This document shows positions 1 to 10,143 of a DNA stretch of 64,000 bases, in pieces. This stretch comes from Candidatus Peribacteria bacterium (GTDB taxonomy: Bacteria > Patescibacteriota > Gracilibacteria > Peribacterales > Peribacteraceae): positions 31,236 through 95,235 of the forward strand of contig JABICL010000034.1 of NCBI GenBank assembly GCA_018652265.1, given 5' to 3'. The notes under the pieces were generated by a model, which was given only the letters and a program-made list of their open reading frames with translations, ran no database searches and was not told the origin of the DNA. Positions within the stretch are counted from its first letter, which is position 1, and every line of letters starts with the position of its first letter. A program made the position numbers and the translations under genes.

Positions 1-496
1 CACTTGGGATCCATCTATAAATCCAACATCTCTTATGAGGTGGATAGAGAGCAATGGAATACAATTTGGTTATCCAAAGATAAAAAAGTATGAGCAGGAT
101 TTTATTCCAGAGGACATTCAACACTTTTTTACTTACACAAGTAACATCAGTCTTCCTGCCAAAGTTTTATATCAAAATAAATTCTTGGAAGATGTTTCTA
201 TGTATGGATGGGAAGATATGGAATGGGGACTTAGATTAAAAGAAGAGGAAATAGATTTATTTTATGAGCCAGGAGCAAAAGCTTATCATCATCACCCATT
301 TACAAATCGTGAAATATGGGAGAGATCTAGATTAATTGGTGCTTCTGCAAAAGAAATAGAAAAAATGGTTCCAGGCGCTTCGTTCACTCCAAAAGGATTT
401 AAGCTAATTGCATATTTCCTGAATGCACTTCTGCCAACTCGTATGGGAAAACATAGAAGGCAGTTTTTGAAGGGAATATTTAGTGTGTCATCCTGA
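1..496 (+). CDS. Glycosyltransferase family 2 protein, C-terminal part (5' truncated by window)
   Basis: Frame open from window start; motifs FFTYTSNISL, YGWEDMEWGLRL, AYHHH typical of GT2; stop TGA lies inside the palindromic repeat at 485. Confidence 0.8.
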   Translation, partial: TWDPSINPTSLMRWIESNGIQFGYPKIKKYEQDFIPEDIQHFFTYTSNISLPAKVLYQNKFLEDVSMYGWEDMEWGLRLKEEEIDLFYEPGAKAYHHHPFTNREIWERSRLIGASAKEIEKMVPGASFTPKGFKLIAYFLNALLPTRMGKHRRQFLKGIFSVSS

Positions 497-574
497 GGAG
501 TCCGCCCACAGGCGGACGTCTCGAAGGACATAACATGCTTCGAGATGTCGCTTCACTCCTCCTCAGCATGACAC
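485..574. repeat. Inverted pair of TGTCAT(C/G)CTGAG...TCGAAG(G/C)A palindromic elements (family B)
   Basis: GTGTCATCCTGAGGAGTCCGCCCACAGGCGGACGTCTCGAAGGAC (485-529, +) and GTGTCATGCTGAGGAGGAGTGAAGCGACATCTCGAAGCAT (574-535, -) between convergent genes. Confidence 0.85.
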
Positions 575-579
575 GCAAA

Positions 580-1347
580 TTAGGACACTTCAGACAACTC
601 CCTAATCTTGGTTTTAACATCCTCATCTCTAGGATCTAGCCTATTTATTTCGTTATAAGCAACTTGTGCTCCTTCTCTGTCTCCGAGTTGTAGGTGGCAC
701 TCTGCAAGAAGCCTCAAGAGTCCTATGTCTTTTGTAAGTGACTGAGATGCTTTTTTAAGTAGTGGGACAGCCTCTTCAAATCTTTTTGCTGCGATACATG
801 CTCTTCCAAGGTTATAGCTCCTATCTGGATTTTGCGGATCTAGATTGAGAGATTCTTGATAAGCGTGACATGAATCGGTGTATTTTTTTTGTTTATAGAA
901 TGTAAGGCCAAGATTTGAATATAATTCAGGGCTTTTATTGCCAGTTAGAAGCTCTGTGTATAAGGCTTCCGCCTTTGGTTCCATGCCTGTTTCTAGATAA
1001 ACCTTTGCAAGCTTGGTTTTTACCTCTCTATCTTCATGATTCACTGTTAGAGCTTTTATAAGCTCTTTTTCTGCTCCTTCATAATCTTGTTTTGCAAGTG
1101 AGCGATCCGCATCTCGAATAAGAGTTCTCACTTCTTGTAATTCAATAGCTCTAGCCCGTGGAGATTTGAAAGCTTTGTCGGTAGGTGTATCTGGGATTAG
1201 TTTTACATTTCTCTCTTCTGCATCCGAAAGCCCTTTTTTTACTGAGCGAACGACCCTTCTCACATTTCTACTTCGGAGTATTCCTCTGAACATAAAAACC
1301 AAGAATATTCCTGTTGCCGATACAATCATTACTGCGAGATAGACCAT
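580..1347 (-). CDS. Membrane-anchored tetratricopeptide repeat protein
   Basis: N-terminal hydrophobic helix (MVYLAVMIVSATGIFLVFMF) then TPR motifs (YSNLGLTFYKQKKY, YNLGRAC); start moved to the ATG right after the holB stop. Confidence 0.8.
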   Translation of the reverse strand: MVYLAVMIVSATGIFLVFMFRGILRSRNVRRVVRSVKKGLSDAEERNVKLIPDTPTDKAFKSPRARAIELQEVRTLIRDADRSLAKQDYEGAEKELIKALTVNHEDREVKTKLAKVYLETGMEPKAEALYTELLTGNKSPELYSNLGLTFYKQKKYTDSCHAYQESLNLDPQNPDRSYNLGRACIAAKRFEEAVPLLKKASQSLTKDIGLLRLLAECHLQLGDREGAQVAYNEINRLDPRDEDVKTKIRELSEVS

Positions 1348-1348
1348 T

Positions 1349-2347
1349 TTATATGTGGGAAGATTTAGAAGAACATTGTAATGCAGTTTGCACTGCAAGG
1401 AGATCCTTATGTGTATTAGATTTTAGTGTGTGAAGTATAGGGAATAAACATTTGAGCATTCTCAGTGCATTATCAACTTCGGTGGAATTTTCGGATTTGA
1501 GTTTCTTTTGTAAATGCAAAAATACGTACTGCATAAAAATTTCCGATTTAGGATCTTTATAAGATGCGGATGCTTTTTTGAATCTATCCAATGCAGAATT
1601 TGTTTCTACAAATTGTTCTGCGTCTATATGAGCTTGTCTTAGGGTTCTAAGAAGGGATGTATCTTCTTTGCATCTAAAAAGTATTCCAGGCCTTCCTTGT
1701 GCTATATGAGATAGAAATCTTTGATCTTCTTCGGAGAATGTATCTAGCATGGGAGACATTTCTTCCTCAGACAGTGGATAAAATCGAATTATTCGCATTC
1801 TGGAAGCCACAGTGTCTGGTATAGAGTTAAGGTTTTCGGTTGTTAGACAAAAAACAACATGCTTTGGAGGTTCTTCTAAAATCTTTAAGAATGAGTTTGC
1901 TGCTGTGTTATGCATGCGTTCAATTGAGCGCATTAAACAACATGTTCTTCCTGTTTGTGACGTTTCATGAAGTCTTTCTTGTATTGAGCGAATATCGTCT
2001 ATTCCTATCACATTGGTTTTTGCCTTTGCCTTTGCGCGATGTTCTTGAGTGACATTCGAAGACATTGAGATTGTTTTCCAATCAGTACATTTATCTTCCA
2101 TCCATAATTTATCCAAAGTGATTAGATCTGGATGCATGTTTTTATCTATCAAATGCTCTGCATCCAATACACTTGTGTCGGTTTTGTCTGTTAATAATTT
2201 TTTGGCAAACCATTTAGCGATTGTAAATTTCCCCAGGTCTTTATCTCCTGCAAATAAATACGCATGTGACACATTATTTTTTGCAAGATCCTGCAATATG
2301 GCCTCTCGTTGTTTCGAGTGCCCAATAATGGACGAAGAAGATGGCAT
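1349..2347 (-). CDS. holB: DNA polymerase III subunit delta-prime
   Basis: IIGH, HAYLFAG-GK, HPDL, AANSFLKILEEPP, TVASRM motifs. Confidence 0.85.
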   Translation of the reverse strand: MPSSSSIIGHSKQREAILQDLAKNNVSHAYLFAGDKDLGKFTIAKWFAKKLLTDKTDTSVLDAEHLIDKNMHPDLITLDKLWMEDKCTDWKTISMSSNVTQEHRAKAKAKTNVIGIDDIRSIQERLHETSQTGRTCCLMRSIERMHNTAANSFLKILEEPPKHVVFCLTTENLNSIPDTVASRMRIIRFYPLSEEEMSPMLDTFSEEDQRFLSHIAQGRPGILFRCKEDTSLLRTLRQAHIDAEQFVETNSALDRFKKASASYKDPKSEIFMQYVFLHLQKKLKSENSTEVDNALRMLKCLFPILHTLKSNTHKDLLAVQTALQCSSKSSHI

Positions 2348-2351
2348 CTAG

Positions 2352-2603
2352 CTATTTGCGGAAGGCAATCAGTCCCATAAAGCGAGATCTTTCTACAGCT
2401 TTGCGTAAAGATTTTTGATGCTTTAAGCAAACTCCAGTGTAATAACGCTTCTTTATATTCCCAAAGTAGTCAGTAAAGTTCTTTAGAGTGGGGAAATCGG
2501 CCCAACTTATGTTGATTACTCCTGCTTTGCAAAATGGACATGGCCTACTTCCTGGAAGCTTCTTCTGATCTGAGCCTGTGAATGGTGAAATTACTTTTGG
2601 CAT
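2352..2603 (-). CDS. rpsR: 30S ribosomal protein S18 (Zn-binding C+ type)
   Basis: CPFC...GNIKKRYYTGVCLKHQKSLRKAVERSRFMGL. Confidence 0.9.
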   Translation of the reverse strand: MPKVISPFTGSDQKKLPGSRPCPFCKAGVINISWADFPTLKNFTDYFGNIKKRYYTGVCLKHQKSLRKAVERSRFMGLIAFRK

Positions 2604-2608
2604 TGTTC

Positions 2609-3166
2609 TTATAGGTTAAGGTCTTCGTCTGAAATAATTTCTTCTAACTTATCTTCTAAGTCCGGAGATGGCTCAGTGCTAGCCTCAGGAGCTTTCTCTG
2701 TTTTTTCTACTGCTGATGCCTTCTTGGAGACTTTCTTTATGATTTTCTTCTTTTCCTCTTCTGCCCTCTCTTCTTCTACTCTTTCCTTTTCTTCATCACG
2801 CTTCTCTAGCCATTCTTTGAACCATTTACCCCAATCTACTATTTCGAAATTCTTTGGAGTAGAAATGATTATATGTCTGAGTAAGTTCTTCTCTAGCTTC
2901 AGAGAGTCGTCTATTTCTTTAATGTATTCTGGCTTTATTTCATAAACATATACGAAATATCTGCCTTGAGTATGTCCTTTTATTTTGTAGGCAAGTCCGC
3001 GTCTTCCCCATTCGTGTTTAGCAATTTGTTTGCCTCCTTTTTCTGTGAAGAATCCTTCTGAGTTTTTTATGCATTCAGAAGTTTCTTTATCAGAAATACT
3101 AGAGGGCAGAAGTATTGCACACTCGTATATGCGGGTTTCCTGTGATGTTGGAGTAATTGCGTTCAT
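2609..3166 (-). CDS. rpsF: 30S ribosomal protein S6 with long charged C-terminal extension
   Basis: RIYECAILL, WGRRGLAYKI, LLRHII; likely start ATG at 3166. Confidence 0.9.
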   Translation of the reverse strand: MNAITPTSQETRIYECAILLPSSISDKETSECIKNSEGFFTEKGGKQIAKHEWGRRGLAYKIKGHTQGRYFVYVYEIKPEYIKEIDDSLKLEKNLLRHIIISTPKNFEIVDWGKWFKEWLEKRDEEKERVEEERAEEEKKKIIKKVSKKASAVEKTEKAPEASTEPSPDLEDKLEEIISDEDLNL

Positions 3167-3279
3167 ATGATTTTTGGGCAAAGCACTGCTTAAGCAGCGA
3201 AATCGTGATGAGATTGTAACATAGTAATAATGAGGGGAAATCAAAAAGTATGGAATATTTTGAGGTATCCTATGTGGGT

Positions 3280-6200
3280 ATGTCACAGTTTTCACAGCAT
3301 GAGGTTTATGAGAGGCATCGTCATATAAGGCGAGGCTCTTCTCGTGGTAAAAGCATTGGGATTTTTATAAAAAGGATTATTGGATGGATTCTTATGCAGA
3401 TTGTGAAGCTCATAAAATGGTTTAAAAGCTCCAGATCAAAAGAGGAGCTATTTAAACGTGTATTCAAATTTGTATTCATATCAGGATCCTTATTTGCAGG
3501 GTTTATATTTGTATGGTTACTCTTTATATATCTAACACTTCCAAATGTAGATGAGGTTGGCGCACTGTTTGCTGCAGAAAGCACAGTTATAACTGATAGA
3601 CATGGAGAAGAGCTTTATAGAATCCACGGAGATGAAGACAGAACATTTGTCCCGCTTTCATATATTTCAGATTTCGCTAAGCAGGCAACTATAGCCATAG
3701 AAGATGAAAGGTTCTATGAGCGAGGATGTTTTGACCCTAGGGCATTTACGAGAGCAGTGATAAGAAATCTAATAGGAGGATTTGGTTCACAAGGTGGATC
3801 TACTATTACTCAGCAATTTGCAAAGAATGCGATTATAGGATCAAGAAAAAAGAGAGTAACCAGAAAACTAAAGGAGTACATGCTTAGTTGTAAGCTCGAA
3901 GATAAATATTCGAAAGATGAAGTTTTAGAGCTTTACTTAAATAGAATTCCATATGGACATAATGCGCATGGCATAGAGCAGGCATCTAAAATTTATTTTG
4001 CTAAATCTTCTAGTGGTCTAACTCTTGCAGAGGCATCTGTGCTTGCAGCACTTCCTCAGCTGCCGTCATATTTAAATCCTTATGGAAAACATGTTCGAAC
4101 TACTCTTTCGGAAGGTGGAAAAGATAGAATGATCAGAGGAAAGATAAAATCTTCTAGAGATATAAAAGATGAAGACTTTTGGTTGGGGCTTGCAGGCGAA
4201 AACTTTGATCTAGAAACTGGCGAACCCTTGGGTCCGGATGCTGGGACTGGAAATGTTCTATATATAGGAGGTCGTACAGATCAGGTGCTTCGCAATATGC
4301 AAGATCAAGGATTTATATCAAATGAAGATAGAGAGTCTGCACTTTTTGATCTTCAAAATATTGCTTTCAAGAGAGCTCGAGAGAATATAAGGGCGCCACA
4401 CTTCGTTCTCTTTGTAAGAGAAGAGATAAAAAAGATGCTAGCAGGACAATTTGATGAAGGATTCTTGGAGCGAGGTGGTCTTAAGGTAATTACGACACTA
4501 GATTACAACTTGCAAGAGATTGCAGAATCAATTGTTACTGAAATAGGGGATTTAAATATTGATCTATATGGAGCTTACAATGCTGCACTACTCGCTATGG
4601 ACCCATGGAAAGGAGAGGTTCTTGCTTATGTAGGAAATAGAGATTATTGGGATGAAGAAAACGATGGAAATGTAGATATTATTCGTGCCCCTAGACAGCC
4701 AGGCTCTAGCTTTAAGCCATTTTCTTATGCAGCATCTTTTCTAAATGGATTTAATCCTGCAACTGTTCTTTATGATGTTCCTACAAAAATAGGAGAGGAC
4801 GAACCAGAGAACTTCGATAGTAAATTCTTCGGCCCAATGACTATCCGAGATGCACTCGGAGCTTCTAGAAACATACCTGCAGCAAAATCATATTTTATGG
4901 CAGGAAGAGAAGATTCAATTGTTAATCTAGCTGCTGATATGGGAATTCCTACAGTGCGTGATAGAAGAGATGAATTATCAGAGGCTCGTGGTAGTGAATA
5001 TAAATATGGTTGGCCTCTTTCTTTGGGCGCTGCAGAGATTCCACTTTTCGAGCTCGCACAAGGTTATTCAACTTTTGCTCGCGAAGGAAAAGCATTAGAT
5101 CCAACTTATTTACTTAGAATAGAGGATAGGCATGGCAATATTTTGTATGAAGCGACTGAAGAAAAAGAAGAAAGAGATGTTTTGGATCCCAGAGTTTCTT
5201 ACATGATTACTTCTATATTGAGTGATGAAAGTGCACGGCCAGAAGAATACTGGAGACAGCAACTTTCTATACCAGGATATGAAACAGCTGCAAAAACTGG
5301 CACAAGTAATAAATGCTCAAAGAGAGATAACAAAGAGATAGAAGATGGACATGGTAGATGTCTAGAATCTGCGCCAGATAACACATGGACAATTGGATAC
5401 ACCCCTTTCCTTGTTGCTGGTGCATGGGGTGGCAATGCATCTGGAGGTACATTGTTTGCTAAGGCTTCGGGGTTAAATACAGCAAGTCCAATCTGGAGAA
5501 GATTTATGATCGCTGCTCACAAAAAAATAAATAAGGAAGGAGTAAGTGTAAATGATGATGGGAAATTCAGTTTTGAAATTCCAGATGAATTAGAAAGTGC
5601 TCAGATTTCTAAGCTCTCAGGAAAATTAGCTTCGAAGTGCACTCCAGTTGAGTACAGAAAAGCAGATATATTTATGAAAGGAGAAGCACCAAAAGAATTT
5701 GATACGGCTTGCGTCGAATCTGAAATAGATAAGCTGACAGGCCTTATTGCTTCGGACGAATGTCCACAAGAAGCAAGAGAGCAAGGAAGTTTCTTTGATC
5801 CAAAAAGCATTATGCCAACCAGATGGCATACCTGGGAAAAAGATGTGCAGAATTGGGCCAAAGATGTTTCTGCTGGAACAGGTAGTTCTTATTGGATAGA
5901 GACCCAAAATGAAGATGGAGAAATTTCGAAAAAATTCCGAGGAACTGGAGCATTTCTGCCTCTTCCTTTGCCACTTTTTCCAGATGACAAATGTACTTTG
6001 GACATCACTCCTGGAAGACTTATAAAACCAAGCGTGAGAATAAAGTTTCCATCTAATAATGGACTCGCAGCACTCCCTTCATTTATACCAAAGATAGATT
6101 ACACAGTTGGGCATCAGGTTCGGGATGTAAGGTATGAGCTCGATGGAAGGCTAGTTTCTTTTGCTGCTTCGGGATCTAATCTAATGCCGCGGATTCGAAT

Positions 6201-6336
6201 ATCCAGAAGAATGGATACATCTGGTTCACATACTCTAAAAGTTACTCTTACAGATTCTTACTACAACACAGCTTCTCATGCTGTGAAGTTTAGATTTGAA
6301 GAGGGGGAGAATACGTCTAGAAATAACAGAAGGTAA
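3280..6336 (+). CDS. Class A penicillin-binding protein (transglycosylase + transpeptidase) with C-terminal Ig-like domain
   Basis: EDERFY, GGSTITQQFAKN, RKLKE, YLNRIPYG; SSFK, SRN and KTGT transpeptidase motifs; start could be 3250 or 3280. Confidence 0.92.
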   Translation: MSQFSQHEVYERHRHIRRGSSRGKSIGIFIKRIIGWILMQIVKLIKWFKSSRSKEELFKRVFKFVFISGSLFAGFIFVWLLFIYLTLPNVDEVGALFAAESTVITDRHGEELYRIHGDEDRTFVPLSYISDFAKQATIAIEDERFYERGCFDPRAFTRAVIRNLIGGFGSQGGSTITQQFAKNAIIGSRKKRVTRKLKEYMLSCKLEDKYSKDEVLELYLNRIPYGHNAHGIEQASKIYFAKSSSGLTLAEASVLAALPQLPSYLNPYGKHVRTTLSEGGKDRMIRGKIKSSRDIKDEDFWLGLAGENFDLETGEPLGPDAGTGNVLYIGGRTDQVLRNMQDQGFISNEDRESALFDLQNIAFKRARENIRAPHFVLFVREEIKKMLAGQFDEGFLERGGLKVITTLDYNLQEIAESIVTEIGDLNIDLYGAYNAALLAMDPWKGEVLAYVGNRDYWDEENDGNVDIIRAPRQPGSSFKPFSYAASFLNGFNPATVLYDVPTKIGEDEPENFDSKFFGPMTIRDALGASRNIPAAKSYFMAGREDSIVNLAADMGIPTVRDRRDELSEARGSEYKYGWPLSLGAAEIPLFELAQGYSTFAREGKALDPTYLLRIEDRHGNILYEATEEKEERDVLDPRVSYMITSILSDESARPEEYWRQQLSIPGYETAAKTGTSNKCSKRDNKEIEDGHGRCLESAPDNTWTIGYTPFLVAGAWGGNASGGTLFAKASGLNTASPIWRRFMIAAHKKINKEGVSVNDDGKFSFEIPDELESAQISKLSGKLASKCTPVEYRKADIFMKGEAPKEFDTACVESEIDKLTGLIASDECPQEAREQGSFFDPKSIMPTRWHTWEKDVQNWAKDVSAGTGSSYWIETQNEDGEISKKFRGTGAFLPLPLPLFPDDKCTLDITPGRLIKPSVRIKFPSNNGLAALPSFIPKIDYTVGHQVRDVRYELDGRLVSFAASGSNLMPRIRISRRMDTSGSHTLKVTLTDSYYNTASHAVKFRFEEGENTSRNNRR

Positions 6337-6378
6337 GTCGTTCATACGCTGCAAAGACTCCGCTCGCTCGCTACCCGA

Positions 6379-6474
6379 TGTCATGCTGAGCCACCCTGAG
6401 AGAGCGAGCACTTGAAGCAGAGCGACGAAGTCGCGATGCTTAAGTCTCGCGAGTCGAAGGGTGTGTCGAAGCAC
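6379..6474 (+). repeat. Nested family B palindromic element
   Basis: TGTCATGCTGAGCC[ACCCTGAG...GTCGAAGGGT]GTGTCGAAGCAC; close relative of 60488-60576. Confidence 0.85.
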
Positions 6475-6527
6475 TATTTTTCTTCTTTTAGTTATAAATC
6501 CTGCTACAAATTCGCTAGAATCAAATC

Positions 6528-8294
6528 ATGATCAGAACTAACACCTGCGGCGAGCTTAGAAAAGAAAATGTAAAAGAAGAGGTAACACTTTGTGGTTGGG
6601 TACATCGTAGACGCGACCATGGAGGACTTGTATTTATAGATCTGCGTGATAGATATGGATTCACTCAGATTGTTTTCGATCCTAGTGATTGTCCTAAAGA
6701 TATTTTTGCAATTGCAGAGACAGTAAGACCTGAATGGGTTCTGAAAATAACCGGAGAAGTTCGCAAAAGAACAGAAGGAGCTGTGCGAGAAGATTGTCCT
6801 ACTGGAGATATAGAAATAGTAGTTTCTGCTATAGAAGTATTCAATGAATCCAAAACTCCTCCATTCGAAATAGATCAGGAAAAAGATGTAGGAGAAGAAA
6901 CTCGATTGGAACATAGATATCTAGATCTTCGTCGTGGGCGTATGTTTACAAACATAAAACGCAGAGGTGAAATCGTGAAACGAATAAGAGATTATTTTCA
7001 TAAAAATGATTTCATAGATGTTGAGACTCCTATTCTTATAAAAGGAACCCCAGAAGGTTCTCGCGAATATCTAGTTCCTTCTCGTCTACACAATGGCAAA
7101 TTCTATGTGTTGCCGCAGAGTCCACAGCAGCTTAAGCAGCTTTTGATGGTTGCAGGATTCGATAAATACTTTCAGGTGGCTAGATGTTTTCGTGACGAAG
7201 ATCAGCGTGGAGACAGACAGCCGGAATTTACTCAGTTCGAACTGGAAATGAGTTTCATAGATCAAAATGATGTTATAGATGTTACAGAAGGTTGTTTTGT
7301 AGAAGTTACAGAAGCAGTAAGGCCAGATAAAAAGATTCAAAAAATGCCTTTCCCAAGGCTGACATACAAAGAGGCGATGGAAAAATATGGTTCAGATAAA
7401 CCAGATCTAAGGTTTGAGTTGCCACTTACGTTAGTGACAGAGGTTGTGCGCGGATGTGGATTCAAGGCATTTGCTTCTCCTATAGAAGATGGAGGTATAG
7501 CTGCAGCATTGCGCGTGCCTGGAGGGGCAGAGTTAACACGTAAAGAAATAGATGAACTAACAGATCTTGCAAAAAGACATGGAGCAAAGGGGCTTGCATA
7601 TATCGTAGTGAAAGATGATGGTCTCCAGTCTCCAATTGTAAAACATTTAGGAGATGACATTGCACAACAACTCGTAAAAGAAGTAGAGGCTCAAGTAGGC
7701 GACATTATTTTCTTTGGTGTAGATGAATATACGACAGCGCTTACCCCTCTTGGAGAAGTTCGTAAGGCATGTGCAAGAAGATTTAATTTGATAGATGAGT
7801 CTGTTTGGAGCTATTGCTGGGTTACAGATTTTCCTATGTTCGAGAAAAGTAAAGAAACAGGAGCAATTGGAGCAGTTCATCATCCATTTACTCGTCCATG
7901 TTCTGAAGATGTCGACATTTTGGAATCAGATCCTCTGAATGCCAGGTCTGTTGCATATGATATTGTGTTGGATGGCGTAGAAGTTGGGGGTGGTTCTATG
8001 AGAATTCATGAGCATGATTTGCAGAAAAAGATTTTTGATCTTCTTGGTATTTCGGAAAAAGATGCTGAACGACGTTTCGGTCACATGTTGAAAGCTTTTG
8101 AGTATGGAGCTCCTCCACATGGTGGAATTGCTATGGGATTAGATCGTTTTGTTATGCTTTTATGTGATGAGCCAAACATTCGTGAGGTAATAGCTTTTCC
8201 AAAAGATCAAAGAGCAAAAGATCTCATGTTAGGAGCGCCTTCTGAAATGCCTGATACACAAATTGCTGAATTGGGTATAAAGATTGTGGAATAA
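6528..8294 (+). CDS. aspS: Aspartate--tRNA ligase
   Basis: RTNTCGEL, GWVHRRRDHGG, LPQSPQQLKQLLM, FRDED, GAPPHGGIAMGLDR. Confidence 0.97.
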   Translation: MIRTNTCGELRKENVKEEVTLCGWVHRRRDHGGLVFIDLRDRYGFTQIVFDPSDCPKDIFAIAETVRPEWVLKITGEVRKRTEGAVREDCPTGDIEIVVSAIEVFNESKTPPFEIDQEKDVGEETRLEHRYLDLRRGRMFTNIKRRGEIVKRIRDYFHKNDFIDVETPILIKGTPEGSREYLVPSRLHNGKFYVLPQSPQQLKQLLMVAGFDKYFQVARCFRDEDQRGDRQPEFTQFELEMSFIDQNDVIDVTEGCFVEVTEAVRPDKKIQKMPFPRLTYKEAMEKYGSDKPDLRFELPLTLVTEVVRGCGFKAFASPIEDGGIAAALRVPGGAELTRKEIDELTDLAKRHGAKGLAYIVVKDDGLQSPIVKHLGDDIAQQLVKEVEAQVGDIIFFGVDEYTTALTPLGEVRKACARRFNLIDESVWSYCWVTDFPMFEKSKETGAIGAVHHPFTRPCSEDVDILESDPLNARSVAYDIVLDGVEVGGGSMRIHEHDLQKKIFDLLGISEKDAERRFGHMLKAFEYGAPPHGGIAMGLDRFVMLLCDEPNIREVIAFPKDQRAKDLMLGAPSEMPDTQIAELGIKIVE

Positions 8295-8301
8295 AAAATC
8301 A

Positions 8302-8354
8302 CCCACCTGTCCCTACAAAGAAGAACAGGCGGGCTTGCCTACTGTTAGGTAGGC
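8302..8354. terminator. Two small hairpins between convergent genes (terminator-like or repeat remnants)
   Basis: CCCACCTGT...ACAGGCGGG and GCCTAC...GTAGGC. Confidence 0.4.
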
Positions 8355-8375
8355 TTAGTTACACTCCTTGGCTAC

Positions 8376-8648
8376 TTAATCTGAGACAGAGGCTTGCCCT
8401 GCCTCAAATAAGTGAACTAAGAGGCTGTCGATCGAATGACCGGCAAGGATATCTCCTCCTACTTCCTGTATCCTTCGAATTGCTGCAAACAGCTCTTCGA
8501 GAGGTTCGGGTAAGTTGAGAGGGATTTCTCTTAGAACGCTACCACCCCCGTCAATGAGGGCTTCCACTTCTGTGTGATGGCTCACAACATCATGGAATGG
8601 AGTTCCACCGTCTTCTCCAGGTTGAACCTGGACGATACGGTACGTCAT
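8376..8648 (-). CDS. Hypothetical protein
   Basis: 90-aa ORF with a GGAGGT SD before ATG 8648, atypical for this genome. Confidence 0.6.
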   Translation of the reverse strand: MTYRIVQVQPGEDGGTPFHDVVSHHTEVEALIDGGGSVLREIPLNLPEPLEELFAAIRRIQEVGGDILAGHSIDSLLVHLFEAGQASVSD

Positions 8649-8771
8649 GTCACACCTCCGTGCTGACAAGAAACGAACGATCGCTCAGCAACATCGCATG
8701 AGCGAGTAACTATTTTTAAATTACCATGTAAAGTTTATATAACAAGGGTTTTCTGTACATATTTTGGCTTG

Positions 8772-8927
8772 CCAGCCGAAGTCGCAGCGATTTTATGCTT
8801 CATAAAATGCATCCTGCAAAATATTACGGATGATAATCTACGCTGCGCGTAGGCTGGTGCCCAGGGAGAGACTCCCTTCGTCTCGCTCACTTCGTTCACT
8901 CGCTCAGGATAAACTTCTCGTCTCTCC
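8772..8927. repeat. Duplicated tRNA-Leu 3' end (8855-8874) flanked by two structured elements
   Basis: TGGTGCCCAGGGAGAGACTC identical to 8975-8994; family B unit ATCCTGAGCG...CGAAGG on - strand; CCAGCC-GAA...GTA-GGCTGG stem at 8772-8857. Confidence 0.75.
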
Positions 8928-8974
8928 ACACTTTAAATCCGTCAAATGCATATAAGATGCATTTGTCGAATCTA

Positions 8975-9061
8975 TGGTGCCCAGGGAGAGACTCGAACTC
9001 TCACAGGATTGCTCCTACTAGCTCCTAAGGCTAGCGCGTCTACCAATTCCGCCACCTGGGC
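8975..9061 (-). tRNA. tRNA-Leu (anticodon TAG)
   Basis: GCCCAGGTGGCGGAATTGGTAGACGCG-CTAGC-CTTAGGA-GCTAG, long variable arm, GTTCGAGT, encoded CCA. Confidence 0.95.
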
Positions 9062-9137
9062 ACGAGCCACATTTTAGCAGTAATTTATAGGAAATAACTA
9101 TTTTGATGATATTTATTTCGTATCATCGCTACTCTGA

Positions 9138-9473
9138 TCAATTGAGCACTAGAGAGCCAGAAGGGCTTTCTAGTATCTTTTTTAAGTTAACTTTTTCTTT
9201 AGATGAAGTTCGTGAAACAAAATCAGATGGACTTAGTGGTTTAATTGTCACAACTCTTGCTTTCCCTCTCCTCATTACTATGTGATCGTCTTTTTTTAGC
9301 ACTGCACCCTTAGGAAAAGCACTTTTTGATAATGGCATTTCTATTGGCATGCCCATAACGAAAAAAACTGCAAATATTACTTCTCCAGAAATTCCTATAA
9401 TTTTCCCCTCAAGTCTTCGGTTGAATATTGCCCGTAGCATCTCTTCTTTTCCAAGGTCGGGGTAGTCTTCCAT
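9138..9473 (-). CDS. Hypothetical protein
   Basis: ORF filling the gap; no recognisable motif; start uncertain (9473 or 9512). Confidence 0.5.
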   Translation of the reverse strand: MEDYPDLGKEEMLRAIFNRRLEGKIIGISGEVIFAVFFVMGMPIEMPLSKSAFPKGAVLKKDDHIVMRRGKARVVTIKPLSPSDFVSRTSSKEKVNLKKILESPSGSLVLN

Positions 9474-9544
9474 TCCCAAATGATTCCAGATTAAGTAGCT
9501 TAAGACAAACAAAAATAAGCGAAAATTCGTGCTAAAATCCGATT

Positions 9545-10132
9545 ATGAATAAGTTCATAAAAAACAATCTATCTCTGATACTTGCATTCTCTTTGCCAGT
9601 AGCACTAATACTAGTTGTAGTTTTTACTACATATTCCCCATTTACTTCGGTAGAAACCAATTACAATTTTATGTATACAGCATGTGACAATGGAACTGGA
9701 GGATATTCGTATGGATGCCTAAATCATATGGAGGCATTATTTTCTGTAAAAGACACTTCTCTCATAAAAAATGATCTAGATGATTCTAGAGATACAGATA
9801 AAGATGGAATTTCTGACATAGATGAAAATTATCATGTAAGAATTTTCCTGCATGACACCCAACAAAATGAAAGCAGAGAAGTTAAATTTGAAAATGCAAA
9901 AGACTACGAAATAATTACAGATACTATTACATCCCCAGATGGAGTAAATGTTTCAGGTGGCTACGAAAGAGGACCAGAGGTATTTCCTATTATAGATACT
10001 CATTCTTCGTATGATTATTACCTTACGAAAGGTAAGAGTAAAACAAGGCTTAACCTTATAAATCGCGATAACAGATACTACTATAGAGATAACTTCCGAT
10101 TTATAGGATGGGTATCATCTAAAATCAATTAA
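9545..10132 (+). CDS. Hypothetical protein with N-terminal membrane anchor
   Basis: Hydrophobic N-terminus; extended -10 TGcTAAAAT 6 nt upstream. Confidence 0.75.
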   Translation: MNKFIKNNLSLILAFSLPVALILVVVFTTYSPFTSVETNYNFMYTACDNGTGGYSYGCLNHMEALFSVKDTSLIKNDLDDSRDTDKDGISDIDENYHVRIFLHDTQQNESREVKFENAKDYEIITDTITSPDGVNVSGGYERGPEVFPIIDTHSSYDYYLTKGKSKTRLNLINRDNRYYYRDNFRFIGWVSSKIN

Positions 10133-10143
10133 CCCCTTATATC

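Noticed and set aside
8376-8994. Intact prophage or integrative island at tRNA-Leu
   Set aside because: The two att-like copies are only 120 bp apart, with no integrase or phage genes.
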